53,077 nt of DNA from Ministeria vibrans ATCC 50519 (taxonomy: Eukaryota; Protista; Filasterea). The first letter of the stretch is position 1, and every line of letters begins with the position of its first letter. The notes under the pieces are model-generated. The model ran no database searches. It was given only the letters and a program-made list of their open reading frames with translations, and was not told the origin of the DNA. The stretch lies in the NCBI GenBank assembly GCA_943704425.1, contig CALSCP010001278.1, positions 1 to 53,077 on the forward strand. The letters run 5' to 3'. A program made the position numbers and the translations under genes. Shown here in pieces: positions 26,347 through 40,558 of this stretch.

Positions 26347-28622
26347 ATGCCAAGCATTGTTGTGTGCGGACGAGTTCTCCCTGTGGCCACAGATGGTAAG
26401 TTCAAAAGAAGGGGCCCAGCGATGGCTTACTCGGCTCCGCTTCAGAATTCGTCTGGTCCGCCGGATGGAGCGTGCTCTTGCACGGCATCACTGTCGCCTT
26501 CTATGCGGTCGCGTACAGCTCCGTTGAGCTTGGCTTGGAAGTGTGCACGTCGGAGAGCGCGCGGCTCATCAAGGCGTGGTACATTGCGTGTCTGGTCGTC
26601 TACTCGACGGCGCTTCTTCTCGACCTGTCTCTCGCTTACGCCTCCTCTCGCGGCGGCCTCAAGGACGTCGACCGGCGCAAGCGAAGTGTCCCCGTCCTCC
26701 TCATCCTCAGCTCCCTTGTGCTTGTTCTCGAACTTGTTTGGGGCGTCGGTTTCGGCATCTACTTTGTGTTTGTGCGCAGGCTCGGCTGCGACAGTCTTAC
26801 CGCACTGGCGCTCGAGCTGCTCCGCGCCGCTGTTGCCATCAACATTGTTGCTTTTGTCCTGGCCTTCCTTGGTGGCACCTTTGTGTCGGCGTTTGCCCGT
26901 AAAATCGGCATGTCTTCGTCGAAAATGTGGGAGCGCCGACTGCGCACCATTTGCTGCTGCGGACGCCTCTGTGAAATGTGCAGCACCAGTCGCAGCACTC
27001 CCGATCACGACTACATGGCGGCATTTAGTGCGGCCGCACAGCTGCTCTCCGACAGCCTCCAACCCTTCGATGTGGTGCCTAGCGACGCCATGGCGGGATT
27101 CGCGTTTGTGCGTGCGCGTCAGAAACAAGACGAGAGACGTCGCGCACAAGAGCGCTACCTCGACGAGCACGACCAGGTCGTGCCCAGCGACGTAGTTCTT
27201 GTAAAAGAACCACGAATACGCCCCGCGTGCGCCCCTGGCGGTCGTAACTGGGTTGCACTGCACGACCAGCGTGCGGGCCCACAGTCGCGCCGACTCATGC
27301 TCGGCAATTCAGACGACCGCGACGCCGTCCTGGAACTCGCACACTTCTCCAAGTACATGCTCGCCGCGTATGGCTGGCCTCTCTGGTTGTTCACACACCC
27401 GCTCACGGGCTGCTGTCGGCTACTGCCCTGTGGCTGTGCCGGGGCCTGCTGCTGCTACACTTGCGCCTCCGCAGAGGGCGCGGCACCGCCTCAGGTTCAC
27501 GGCGACGCCTGCCAGTGGAACCGCCGTGCTATTGAGCTTTTTATTGACTCAACGGGCGCCACGCGCTTTGTCGACTTTTCCAACGCCCTTTTCAAGATGC
27601 CCTACTACATTGCAGTCGACACAACCCGCAACGCAGTCGTCATTGCCATCCGCGGCACGCTTTCCCTTCGCGACGCCCTCGTTGACATTGCTGCCACTCC
27701 CGCACAGACATTGTACGATGGCCCGGACACTTCCGAGCCCGACTGCCGTGCCCACCATGGCATCCTACAGTCAGCTCGGCGCATTCACAGCGACATCATG
27801 GACCGCAACGTGTTACGCACCCTTCTCGAGAACGAACCCCACCTGCGCAACATTGTAGTCGTGGGCCACTCGCTCGGCGCCGGAGCAGCCGCGCTTCTTG
27901 CTCCTCTAACCCGTCGTGCTTTCCCCCAGCATCACATTCGTTGTCTCTCCTACTCCCCGCCCGGTGGTCTCGTTTCCCCCGCCCTCTACCGCGAACTCTC
28001 CACCTACACTCTCTGCTGCGTCCTCGGCAAGGACATGATTCCCCGCTCGTCCATCGAGAGCGTCACCGCCATCATCAGTGAAGCGTCCACCGCCTGTCAA
28101 CGCTCCAGTCTCCCCAAATGGAAGGTCTCTTTGTCCATCTTTATGCCGTGGCGCAGTCTTGCCAAGACCGACCTGGACGAGGTTGCACACCCGTCGAGAA
28201 TGCGCGAAGACTCAAGACTGCTCGAGCGTGACTCTATCGTCACCTCCGTCAGTGTCTCTGTTGATGCAGCCACCTCAGCACAGCAGCAGTCGCACTTAGA
28301 CTCCAGTGCCAAGGACTCGACGACGGACGAGCCCATTGCGCTCCATCTTCCCGGGCCCGTCATCCATCTCGTCAAGACAGAGACACGTCCACGCAAGAAC
28401 AACAGCACTAACAGCACCAGAAGACGGTGTTGCAGCCGCAAACAGGGACCCGAACCACTCAACGATGGGCGTGTGTTCCGCAGCGAATGGGCCGACGCAA
28501 CCGCCTTTGACGAGATCCTTGTCAGTCCCCTCATGGTCACTGACCATCTTCCGAACCACGTCGCCGATGTCCTCGATGACGTCGCTTCCTCTCTCCTCGA
28601 AGTCAACGAGTCAACCGTGTAA
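26347..28622 (+). CDS. DAGL: sn1-diacylglycerol lipase (DAGL alpha/beta family), 2 exons
   Basis: MPSIVVCGR...ATD|E start, 4 TM segments, DVVPSD, AAYGWP, IRGTLS..D, GHSLGAG nucleophile motif, GKDMIPR, DHLP. Confidence 0.92.
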
Positions 28623-28759
28623 AAAAGTGTTATTGCAACTCTTCTCTCAACCTTTATCCACTATAACTATTTTAATAAAAGACGCATACTACTTCTCTCT
28701 CTCTCTCTATCACTTCGTTTCTTTCTCCCTCCTCTCTCCGTGTGCTTCAATACAATGCA

Positions 28760-31700
28760 CTAAGCCAAGTGGAACCCTGAGCCAGCAATACTCTCCAGGG
28801 CCAACTCCATCTTCTCTTTCAGCAAGTCGGCATCATTGTAGTCCGGCAAATCAAGCAAGTGACTGCATGTGTGCCCCACCGGCAGGTGTGTTGTGGTGGT
28901 CGTACGCTGGATCCGAATTGCTTGGTTCGTCTCCGCCAGTGCCCCCGCTGCCATTGAGTCTCGTCCCGTACACAGCTGAAGGAACTGCCGCAACCGTCGC
29001 TCATCACCCGCCCATGACCGCATCAGTGTGCGGAACAGCGCTGGTGTTTTGCTATGTAGTACAATAATTATTTTATATCGTGTGTAAGTGAGACACTCAC
29101 TCAATCTACTTCAAAAACGTACCTCTCTTCGGGCCAGTTGATAAACCGCACATTGTCAAGAATCAGCTCGGGGGTCAGATTCCGTTCACCACAAACCAAC
29201 AAAATCGCCTCTTCTACCGACAGATCATGAAATACCTACCACACACACAAAAAAAAAAGCGTTCTTATTAATAATATTTTTGTACAATCATTGGTATATT
29301 TTACCTCTTTCATGCCAGGGCACGAGTAAAAGCCAGTCTGTATGGCATTGAGTTCCGGTAGAATGGGCAAGATGAGACGCTCGTTGACATAGCGCGCAAT
29401 GTAGTCCAGCTTGTTCGTCTCCGTGACAGCACACTCAACCGTCTCTTCTTCTTCTTCTTCTTCTTCTTCTTCTTCTCCTTGTTCTTGTTCTTGTTCTCCT
29501 TCCGCTTCTTCTTCACCATTCACGGCGGTCTTATTCCCCCCGCTCATCTTCTTCGTCTTGCTCTTGTTGGCACTGTACGTAAGCCCCCACTCGCCCCATG
29601 CGCCATAAGGCCCCTCCACATCGGGCCCTTGCGTCAGCATCCACCGCATCTGCTCCTGTCGTGCGCCTTCCAGCTTCTCCACGTCCGCCAGCGTCAACCA
29701 TGATCGCAAGGGGTCGTCACGCGACTCGTGCACAAGAAACTTGAACAGAAGCGGCGAACAGCGCAAGTTCACCTCAAAGTGGTCCAGCACCGACTTGGCC
29801 ATCACACGTCCATACGTCTCATATTCAATCAGATTCGCCACGCTGTCACCCGCGGTCGTAGACAATCCGGCCCCCGACTCGCTTCCATCCAGGTCGTGCA
29901 CCTTGTGCGGCAATCCGTGCGACGTAAAGAAATAGTCGAACGACTGCGCAAAGAAGCACGCAAAAAGATCGGCCGAGAGACCTCCCTGATCGATGCCAAT
30001 CTCATTGTCAAAGCGCACATGTAGCTGACCCAACAGTTGCACGCCACGTACACTCGCAAATGTGCTCAGCGTCTGCTTGACCAACTCAGCACGCGCTACG
30101 GTAACCGACACCTGCGGAACCTGATTCGGCTGATTGAAAAAGCCTCCAGTCGCCTGAACTCGCACGCCCAACTCGCGCTCGATGGCACGCATCACGCGCG
30201 GCAGCTTGGGAATGTCCTTGATACGTACCGCCGCAATCGCAATTTTCGCCTCTGCCGTCACCACCTTGCGATCGTCGACAAGGTCCTGTGCATAGCTCGC
30301 GCAAAAGTACTCGTCGCTCAGCAGCTGAGCGGCAGTTGCACGCAAGTCAGAGCGCACACGGAGTACACGCGAGAGCATCTGTTCCAGGCGTCCCGAGCGT
30401 GTCGTGGGCAACGCAATGCGTCCTTCGTCGTCGCCCGACGTCACCGCAATCGACGGAAGTTCGTTGGTGTGGAGCCATAGCGCAATGGCACCAAAGCCCC
30501 ACAAGTCAGCGGCCGCTTGCAATGCCGTCTGTCCCTCCTCCGACTCGGGCGCCGCAAAGCCAAACTGGCGTCGATCACGAGTACTCTCTCCACGCTTCAG
30601 CGTTCGACGTGTCACCGAGTTGCGCGGCCCGAGGTTTTTGCTCACCGAGAAGCCCGTGAGTACAGGTCGGTCGCCAGGCGCAATCAACACGTTGGACGGC
30701 TGCAAATCGCGATGGACAAACCCTCGCTCGTGCAAATGCACCACCGTCTGTAGCAACAGCGACAGCATCCGTCGCAACTCCCAGGGCTTCGCGGGCGACT
30801 TGGCTGCTCGCCTCTCCGCCCACGTCTCCAGCGTGCACACGTACAACGGCATCTCCAGAAACCCATGCAACTTGCCCTCCACCTCGTCAAAGAAGACCGC
30901 CTGAAGTGGCACCACCCCCGGATGGTCACGCATCTCAGCGCGCGTCATTACTTCTCGTACAAACAACTCGCGCGCCAAATCGTCCGCCAGCGGTACCACC
31001 TTAAGTGCGATCGCATGCGCATTGCCCATAAGCTCGGGCATCTCAACCACCGCTGCCTCCTCATTTCCAGCTTCCATCGCCGTTCTAAAACTGGCACCGC
31101 GTTGAACACAAAGCACACGGTTGATGGGTCCCAAGGAGAGCTCGCGCAGCAGAGAGTAGTCGGCAGCGTACGAGCGATGCACAAGGACGCCAGTCGAAAA
31201 GAGATCCAAATGCAACTCGGCAATGATCGTGTCGGTCGCGTTTTGCTGCATGGGCTGTGGCAGTGTCTGGAGCAGTTCTTCGAGTGTCGCCAGCTGTTGC
31301 ACAGCCTCGCCCAGGACCTTTTCGTGACTCTCCAATACACCCAGCGAGGTACGATTGCTTGAATGGAGTACGGCGAGATCACGCTGTGCGCGCACCTTAA
31401 TCACGTCAACTTGAGCGTCACGCACACGCGCCGACACGCCGTTGTAGTACAGACTCGCCAGGCGAGACGCACTCGCCACGCCGTCCGTGCTCGTCTCCGA
31501 GTCACAAAACTCGCTGTAGAGCGAGCGCAAGAATCGTTGGGCGCCCTTAAACAGGCGCGTGTCACGCGAAACGCAATGCGAGCGCGCCAGGCGGCCCACA
31601 AGACGATTGGCGTGAAGCACGGTGGTTGCGGCCGCGTCGAGGAACTGTCGATAGTGCGTCTGCTCGGCGAGAAGTGCCGCCGAGTCACTCCAGCGTGTCG

Positions 31701-34700
31701 CCGAAGAGAGCATTTCGAGCCAGTGGGGAAATGCACGCGAGGCATCGACAGCGGCATTGAATGCGGCAACACACTCGAGCACACTGTGCTTCTTGAACCA
31801 GCGCGCGGCGAGTGCCTTGGACGAGCCAAAGCGTCGCTCAGCAAGCACTCGAATGAGGTTAGGCTGGTCCTCAAGTAGCGCAGTCATTTGCTTGCACAGT
31901 GCGTCGCTTTGGGTAGGAAGGTCACCCACCACGTCGCGAAAGGCAGCGAGAGCTTGATCAAGAGACGCCAATTTGCCATTGTGCTCAATCACGAGAGCAC
32001 GGTAGGCGCTGGCAAGACTGTCGTACGGTTTGCCATGAAGCGCAGCGTGCGCCACATTGTCACGTGCCTTCCGCACCTGCTCGGCCATCGATGAGGCGTC
32101 TTCGACGGCGGCTACAATGCGCGCGCGCTGACTTGCACGCGTTTTCGGGTCAAAAGTGCGCGCAAAGGTGGTGAGCGGGTCGTTGAGCGACAGTGCCGTG
32201 GACCAGACCACGACAGGCGTGCGAATGCGTGAGCCATGGTCGTCCACGGATGTAACACGCACCTGTTGACCGCCAATGACAACGTCGATGTGTTCGGGGA
32301 TCTCGACGTCGTCGGGAAGCGTCACTTGCGCAAAAGGTTTGCGGCCATCTACACTGGCACAAATGGTGCGCGCGGTGCGATCAATCATGAACGAACACAC
32401 AAATGGACTGTTGGCCTGAATGTCGGGTGCTGCGGATCGTTTGGTCGACGCCGGACCGCCACGTTTGCTCAGCGGCAGATACGATGTGGTCACGCAGGTC
32501 GCGTGCGTGCTGCCTAGATATCGGTTGAACACCTCGTGTTGCTGCTGGGACGGGTCCAGCAGTAATTTTGAGACGGGCACCCACAAGTCGGCCGGGTTGA
32601 TCGTGCCACCAAATGGGCTGGGCGATTGCGTGGGAGCAATTTGAACAAGATGCAGAGAGGGATTGTGAAGAAGACCCTGCGACGCAGAGGAGATTGCGGG
32701 CATGGTACTAAACATGCTGGGCCCCGCGTTGGTGTCGGCGTCGGGCGCGTCGAGCGGCTCCGGACGAACGAATCCAGAATTGGTGGGCGATGTGAGAAGC
32801 TCGGTGGGAACAGGAAGCTGCTCATACATCTGCAGATATGCGCGCCAGCCAGTCCAGGTATGACCACGGGGACGCTGTAGCGAGATGTTGTGCAGTTGGC
32901 AGTAGCCAACGGGATGGAGATCGTCGCTGTTGAGACTCGCCCAGTAATCGTAGCGTTCGGTCCAACCATCAAAGTGGATCAGTACATCGCCGGACGGATT
33001 GACATCGGCAATGGTTGCGACGCACGTAAGCGTAGGATTGAGTCGATCGAGTGCCTCGAGACGCATTCCAACCTGCACCGAGTGGTGGAAGTCACGGTCG
33101 ACGTAGTCAAGCTCGGAATTGTCGTCGTCACCCGACTCACTGTTGTTGTCGCCAAAGCCAGTAGCAGCACCGGGAGTGACAAGAGGGTCAATTTGGGGGA
33201 CAAAGTCAAAAGTGGCAGGAGCAACGTAGCCGGTGTTGACGGCGTGAGTAAAGTGACGCGCGGGCACGGCTGAGCCACCGTTTACACGCATGCAGTGCGC
33301 CCAGCCAGCCCAGCCGGGAGGACCCTCTAGCTGAACATCGTTCATTTGGCCCCAGCCAACGGGATGAAGAACATCGTCGTTGAGCGACAGAACACACTCG
33401 AGGGTTCCTGGAGGACCCGCAAGAAATCGGATGGTGACGTTGCGATCGGGGTCGTCGGGGAGTGACCGGGTGACACGCGCTGGACACAGAGGGAACGTGT
33501 CCAATTGCATATTGAGCGCCTCGACAAACATTCCTGAGATCACTTCGACGTCGTCGTCGAGACCGAATTGCGCACGGGGGGTGGCAGCGGGGGCGGCTGT
33601 GGGTGTTTCGCCGTCGTCATTTGCTGTCGGTGGTTCGTCGCTCGATTGCCCGGCAGTTGCATCCGTGGAGGATCCGGAGGCACCGACCGGGGTCACAGAA
33701 TCAATGGACAAATCGGGAAGGGGAGGAAGAAACGTGGAGGGGGTGGTTGGAAGGGCAATGTCGGAGGTGTTGCTGCGAGCAGAGCCAAACGTGGGCGCGT
33801 GAGACAAAGGAACACCAGAGGCAGCAGTGGCTTCGGCAAATGGATCAGTACTAGCACTGACATTGGTGCTCTCGCCCTCGCCGCTTGAAGATGGCTGTTC
33901 CGACGAGGAAAAGTCTGGTACACGGGGTCCGCGGGTACGACGCCTACGACGTCGCGCGCGATTTCGTTCCCTTTCCGCCTTTTCCAGTTTCAATCGCAGC
34001 TTCTCTTGCACTTGCCACTCCTCAGATGTCATGGTGGGCAGGCGCACATCAGTGAGCGTGTTAGGCAAAAAAGTGCCATTTGATTGCTCGACAAAGACGG
34101 GCACGCCAAAGCCAAGGATGTTGGGCGCAAGAGGCGTGCGAATGGGAAAGAGCTGGTCGGACGTGCAACTGATCACGCCAGAGTCGGTGTGCACTCCAAG
34201 CAAATCGCCTCTGGATGCCATAGGGTCTCGGGGCGCGGGCACGCACGAATCCCAGACGTACACATTGCGCGAAATATTCTCGTCGTAGTGCTCGGGAAAG
34301 AGCATGGAGAGTGCCTGTTGTCGCTTCAGCAAGAGGCGGTAGCCATCGACGAGTTTGATGCTTGAGGGGTCGTTGCACGGCACAAATGCTTCTTGAATGT
34401 CATCCATGGAGTTGTATGCGGCACGAACGTACTGTTCCTCAAGCAGCAGCTCGTAGTGCGACTGCATCTTGGTCTTCTTGGGCTTTATCTTTGCGAGAAG
34501 CGCCTCTGTCGCGGTCGACAAAGTTGGCGCTGTGGCTGTGACTGAACTGGTGCTGTTGGAAGTGTCGACAAGGGCAGCCGTCTCGGGCGCACCAGAACTC
34601 GTTGGCGCCTCAGACACTGACGAAGCACTGAGAGTGTTGTCTGTCGCACTGGGAGTGTTGGGTGTCACACTGGAAGTGGTATTGGTCAGCTCAATGGAAT

Positions 34701-36154
34701 GGGTGCGAGCAAAAGCGTCGTCGTCGTCGTCGTTGTTGTTGTTGTTGTTGTCGTTGTTGTCGTCGTTGTCGTCGTTGTCGTTGTTGTTGTCGTCGTCCCA
34801 GGTGAGGACTGGAATACTGACGCGCACCATTTTCGCGTCAGCGTTGTGTTCGACGACGACAGCCTCGACAAGACTGCCAGACTGCAAGAGGTCGAATATG
34901 CCGACGTTGAGCGAGACAAGGACGAGCTGACCGGGAGAGAAAGGACGCACGTTCTTCTCCTGCATGACACCGAGATTGGAGGGAGCAACAATGTGCGTAT
35001 CCGCATCGGAGATGGCGACTCTCACTGCGGGGCGCGCGCCAGGCTCCAAATCGCTCTCAGGCGTGTCTTCCAAAACATACCGTTGCATTGTGATGCGCAC
35101 TGCTTTGTCAAGGAGCACCCCCGCCTGGTAGGTGGTCTTGACTGTGTTGAGGAAGCCATGTTCGACACCACGCGACATTACTGGTCCTGCAGGCACTGGG
35201 AATCGGCGCTGCTGATGACGGGGTGTCGGTGTTGCTGATGCAGCTGTTGTTGTTGCATTGTCAATGTCTTCGACGTCGTCGGTCTCGACGGGCGCTGGGG
35301 GTGGCACGTAGAGAGAAAAAGATGCGAGTGCAGAGTAACCAGAGTCGGCTTCAGCACGCTTACGAGCCAAGTCAGGACCCTCGTTGGCACGAGGTGCATC
35401 TGAACCGGAAGGAGGAGGAGGAGCAGCGACAAAGAACACTTCGAGTTCGGCAGTGTCACCAAACTCGCCGGCAATCTCCACCTCGTAGATGCCTTCCTTG
35501 TTGCTGGCGGCGAGAGGCGCAATCGATGAATAGATGCGCTCACCAAGAGGCAGTGGTGGCGCGTCCGGGTCGTCATAAGGCAGAGAAGACAGGTGTTGCA
35601 GGACAGGCCGACGGGTGGAGGGGCCCACGTCCAAGTTCGACTTGACGTGTGCGCTGTGCATGATCGCTCCGTACCGGCTCCCCGACTGGCTTATGAGGCT
35701 GCCAAAGCCGCCCGCAGGCCCACCACTGTTTGAAAACATAGACGTGGCTGCCCCAAATCCGCCCACAGGCCCGCCAAAAGCCGACGAGCCAAACGCGGAG
35801 GAGGCAAAGCCTGATGACGCAGGCGCTGGCGCGCCAAAGCTGGAGAAGAATCCCGTCTGTGCAGGCTCGACGTGTGGAACGTCTTCGTCGTCATACCCAT
35901 CCCCCTCAACGTCCTCGTTGTCTTCTTCGTCGTGAAGATCAACCGGTGGCTCTACAACGAGAACGACGGAAAGCGACAATGATAATATAATAAGGAAAAA
36001 AAAAAAATTTCTTAGTGCAAAGGAGAAGTTATAAGTGCAACGACAAAGAAGTGTGCATGTGTATGTGTGTGGATGCATATTAAGTGATATAAGCACGCCA
36101 GTGTGATACAGCACATATCAATACAAACCACACAAACGAACCTTGTCTCCACAT
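28760..36154 (-). CDS. Giant multidomain protein: FG/low-complexity N-terminus, 2 MBT repeats, helical region, (pseudo)kinase, HECT E3 ligase; 4 exons
   Basis: MWRQ|EPPVD start; MBT: GMRLEALDRLNPTLTCVATI...IHFDGWTERYDYW...LHPVGYC; kinase: IALKV, HRDLQPSN, APE, DLWGFG; HECT: VRFDNEIGIDQGGL, FLQLCTG, LPVGHTCSHLLDLPDY...GFHLA. Confidence 0.9.
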
Positions 36155-36334
36155 TGACTCAGCTGCAAGCGGCACACTAGATTAACTACTACTCAGTACT
36201 CACGCCTTGGACGTGTGCTGCCCGTGACAAAAGGAGAAGGTAAAAAATCTTGTTGTATCTGACTATAACTAAGATGAGTCGTCGACCGAAAAATGAACTT
36301 TTCAATATTTTATTTCACCTCTGCTAAAGTGACA

Positions 36335-36421
36335 ATGTCCAACGTAGACCCGCGGATCGCCGTTGGGGATTATGTGATTGGCGATTGCATTGGACGAGGC
36401 GGATTCGGCTTCGTCTACAAG
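36335..36421 (+). CDS. Orphan first exon of a Ser/Thr kinase (SepA/Cdc15/MAP3K-epsilon-like start); rest of the gene not found
   Basis: [29 protein letters not shown] with a GxGxxG loop, followed by a GT donor and a microsatellite. Confidence 0.7.
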
Positions 36422-36426
36422 GTGTC

Positions 36427-36592
<166 letters not shown>

Positions 36593-36597
36593 CATAC

Positions 36598-39500
36598 GTC
36601 TTCATCATCGTCACTGGCCCCTCCCTCCTGTCGTAACCCCGTCTGCTGCGCATACGCATCGACTCCCTGCTCTTCAAGCTCATCTACCAGTGTCGACCCA
36701 AGCACACTCACAATCTTTTCGGGTGCACTCACTTCCGTCCATCGTTCAACAACTGCAACAAACAAACACACAGTCAGTCCCACCACAACACTCGTGATAA
36801 AATGTTAACTTGACCCGACCTGTTTTGGATCTTGATCGAGTGCGAATGCCTTCGTTATCAGCAACAATGCGCTCGCCACGCACACGGATGGCAAGCAACT
36901 GGGGCATGAAGCCACGCAGGAGATCCGCCAGTGCCACAGTGCACACTCGGTTCACATAAGCGCCCATGAGCTGAGCCTGATTGTCACACCACTTGTTCAT
37001 CAACAGGTGCAGTCCACTTTCGCCACTGGGCGTTTGCAGCTGCTCCAGAAACGAAACGGTCGCCTCCGGTTGCACTCGAATGAGCTGTGCAAACACTACA
37101 ATAAGTGGTTGCGTCAACGAAAGCGTTCGGGATGTGTTCAGGCGACCCACAACCGCCTCAAGCAGCGCAGACAAGTGTGGACCCAATGCACCGCTCGCCT
37201 ACACATACACAATACAAACAACAAAAAAACAAAAAAACAAACCAAAAGTTTCAGTGGTTTCCATTTTGTCACGAATAATGAGCTACTTTGAGAATAAGTT
37301 TGGAGATGAGTGCGCCCACTGTAATAGCGGCAGCCTCGGCCTGCTCTGGGTTAAGCAAACGGGCGACAAGGTCGAGGATGCTGGCAAAGCCAGAGGCTCC
37401 CGACGAAGGGTCGCGCCAGTCAATGACTTGTTGGGTTGCCTTGGAGACAAACACACGTAGGGCATCGCAGCCGTACTGAAGAACTTCGTGATCACCGGTC
37501 GACATGAGAAGGGAAAGAATCACGGGAAAGGCCTCGTCGACTAGCACAGTCTCCATGGGATTGGAGGAGGCCGCCTGAAGCAACGCCACAAGTAGCTCAA
37601 TGGTGCTCGAGACCGCGCCCGACACTGCATTGGCACTGTCGTTGCCGTTGTCGGCGGCTGTGGCACGGCGTAGACTATCGAGAATGATGGGTAGCGAGCG
37701 AGGCAGAAGGGATGGGAAGCAACCGGGGGTGCGCGCGAGTTGCTGAAACACCTCGGTAGTGCTTGAGACGAGAAAGGGATCGTGCTGGTTGGCAAGCCAC
37801 ATAGAGAGGACGACGGGCGAAATGTGCGCCTCGTAGCGACTGGTGATGGTCGGATTAATCTTGATTGCCTCGTAGAGAGTGTCCATGGCGATGATGAGCG
37901 AGTCTTCGCTCGTCTGCGGTGCAATGGAGAGAACTCCTTCGAGCACGCGCATGACAAGCTCGTCAGGAACCATTGCAGCTAGGGCAGTGCGCACCAGCTG
38001 TGCAAGCTCGTCGCGATGGGCCGCTGCGTCCAAGTGGGCGTTTTGATCGCGCACCAGAGCCCGACTGGCGTCTTCGAGCCGCTCACAAACGGTTTGAATG
38101 GCTCGCATTGCACACACACGCAAGACGGGCGCGTGTCCCTCTTGCACACAGTCCACAGCGGCACGCAGACACTCCAGCGCCGTCTCCGTCTGCATTCCCG
38201 GAATAAACGAGCCGGCCAGGAGCAGTGTGCGTCCCATCAGAAAGGGCAGTGGTCCTACACTTGCATATGCCCCAAAGCGCTCCTGTACAAACCCAACTGC
38301 ATCGAATCCCTTTGGAGCATTCTGAAGCGAATGGAAAGGAGAAACAGAAACAAAGTGAGAAAGTGATGAGGAAAAGAAAGTAAGAGACGTAGTAAGATAG
38401 GACAGTCACAGATGAGTAAAAAAAAAAGTAAAACGTGATGGGTAAGAAGAGAGGAAGAACAAAGCGATGGAGGAGACGAGAATAAGGATGCAAATATTTA
38501 CGCTGAGAATTGCGCTGTCGACTGAGTGAAGCGCAAGCAGCGCAGCCTCGTCGCGTTTCCACCAGAGTTTCTCTGCGTCTGCGCGCTCGTCCGCATCTTC
38601 AAATTGTTGTGCGGCAACCGACATGCGAATGGTCTGGCTCTCGCGCAGGTGGGCAGTGACGGCCGAGCACACGGCGGCCGCAGTCTTCTTGGGCGTCACC
38701 TCGGCGAGCTCACGGAGAAGCTCCTGCCCGGCAACGCGCACATTGTACGAGTTGGTTTCGTCGTCTTCCTCTTCGGCGTAGCGATTTGCATCGGCAGACC
38801 ACACGTGAATCTGCTCGTCGGTAATTTGCATGTAAGAAATGACATGGTACACGAGATCGTCAAGCGTCGAGGTCACAATGGGACGGTAGCGACGGTCCTT
38901 GGAAAACGCCTGCATCAGCGCAAACAGACTGTACACCAGGCTTTCACGACCCAGCAGCTCGCCGTCCGAGTCAACCGCGTCCACTGCGCCCCCTTCGCCT
39001 GTGTCACAGTCGCTGTTCACCACCGTCTCGACGTACTGTCCCACGCCCGACACAAGTGCACTCCAAATGGTGGGCAGCAACGGCTGCACGAACGCACCGC
39101 ACTCGCGTGGAAAGGCTTCGACAAGAAGCGACAATGAGCGGACAATGTCCATGCGCAGACCACTGTCGCAGTGGTCGGGATCGTCGACATCCGCCATGGC
39201 CACACCAAATGACTACAACGGGATGAAAACAAAAACCAGTAAACGGTTCAATACAACATTGCCTTGTCTCGTAGAGAAGGCTACAGGAGATAGGAAGAGT
39301 CGGTACGTACTGGAAGCCAGTCGGGCAAGAGAGTTGAAACAATGGTAGCGGTGGTCGACTCGTCGTCGTCTGATGTGTGATGGAGCATTTTAATGCATGT
39401 GCGAAAGATGGTGACGGCCCGACTGCGTGTGCGGACGCCAAAGGTTCCTCGCGGAGCATTCAACACGTGTAAAAGTTGGGGCATAAGTACAGGCACAACA

Positions 39501-40238
39501 TGGGGCATTTGCTGGTCGCCAAGCTCGCCAATGAACTCGACCAAGACACGCAAGGCGCCGTGGACAAGCGACGCATCGCCGCTCTGGATCATAGCAACAA
39601 GCTCGTCGAGCAGTGTGGGCCATTGCTCGGGCCAGTCCCACCGAGCAATCTGGCTGATAGCATACGCAGCCAATCCTCGAATCTTGACGAGGAACGACGC
39701 GAAGGGAAGGAGGTGAGCAGTGTGCAAAGTGTTTTCACTACCGTTTTTTGGCGCGCACATTGAAAAAATCTTCACCTTTGAGATACGATCGCCCAAAGCA
39801 GACGGTAGGAGTGCGCGAATGGCGTCTTTCGCTTCCGGTGGCACTTGAGGTTCGAGAAACGATTCGGCTAGGGAACTCCAGTGACGTTGGACGTATTGCT
39901 TGAGGATAATCGACGAGAGTTGACGGATGGCCAAAGCGCCTTCCGGATCAACGACAAACCGAGCGAGAACAACGCCGAATTCTGCAGGAGACAGGGCAGC
40001 AAACAACGATCGTCAGCAAGGCAAGGAGGCGTCGCGTCATTTGCTGCGTGTGCAACGGCACAAGCAAAGGCAAAAATGTCGCGTGTAATAGTATATTATT
40101 CATGTTGTTGTTGTTGTTCTTGCCTGGCTGCGACATTGCACAGTCGCCCAAGGCCGCCTCGGCAGTTGTTCGCTCTGGGTCGTTGCCTGTCAACACCGAC
40201 ATAAGCTGCTGCCAGACATACTGTTGAAGGTCACTCAT
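36598..40238 (-). CDS. IPO9: Importin-9, multi-exon, apparently lacking its last exon(s)
   Basis: [23 protein letters not shown]; [19 protein letters not shown]; [19 protein letters not shown]; [12 protein letters not shown]; [15 protein letters not shown]; ends DDDED at a GTATGT donor. Confidence 0.88.
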
Positions 40239-40558
40239 GAAGAAAAATAAATAAATAATTTATGAAAAGTCAAAATATTTTAATGATTATTATGATTCAT
40301 GTCAAGATGAGTGTTATGATTGCTCTTTCTTTAATAGTATTTCAGGTTTCGTTTGTACACACATACACACGGACACACACACACCCTCACAAGACATACG
40401 CACACACACACACACACACACACATATATACATCACAAAGACAGACGCAGACACACACACACACACACACACCACACGACATACACACACACACATACAC
40501 ACACGCATACACCCACATACATACGCACATGCACTCCCACACATGCATCAACGCCATG

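Noticed and set aside
36370-36415. Possible terminal importin-9 exon ([14 protein letters not shown]) antisense to the kinase exon
   Set aside because: The acceptor is preceded by a purine tract and the peptide does not resemble the importin-9 C-terminus.
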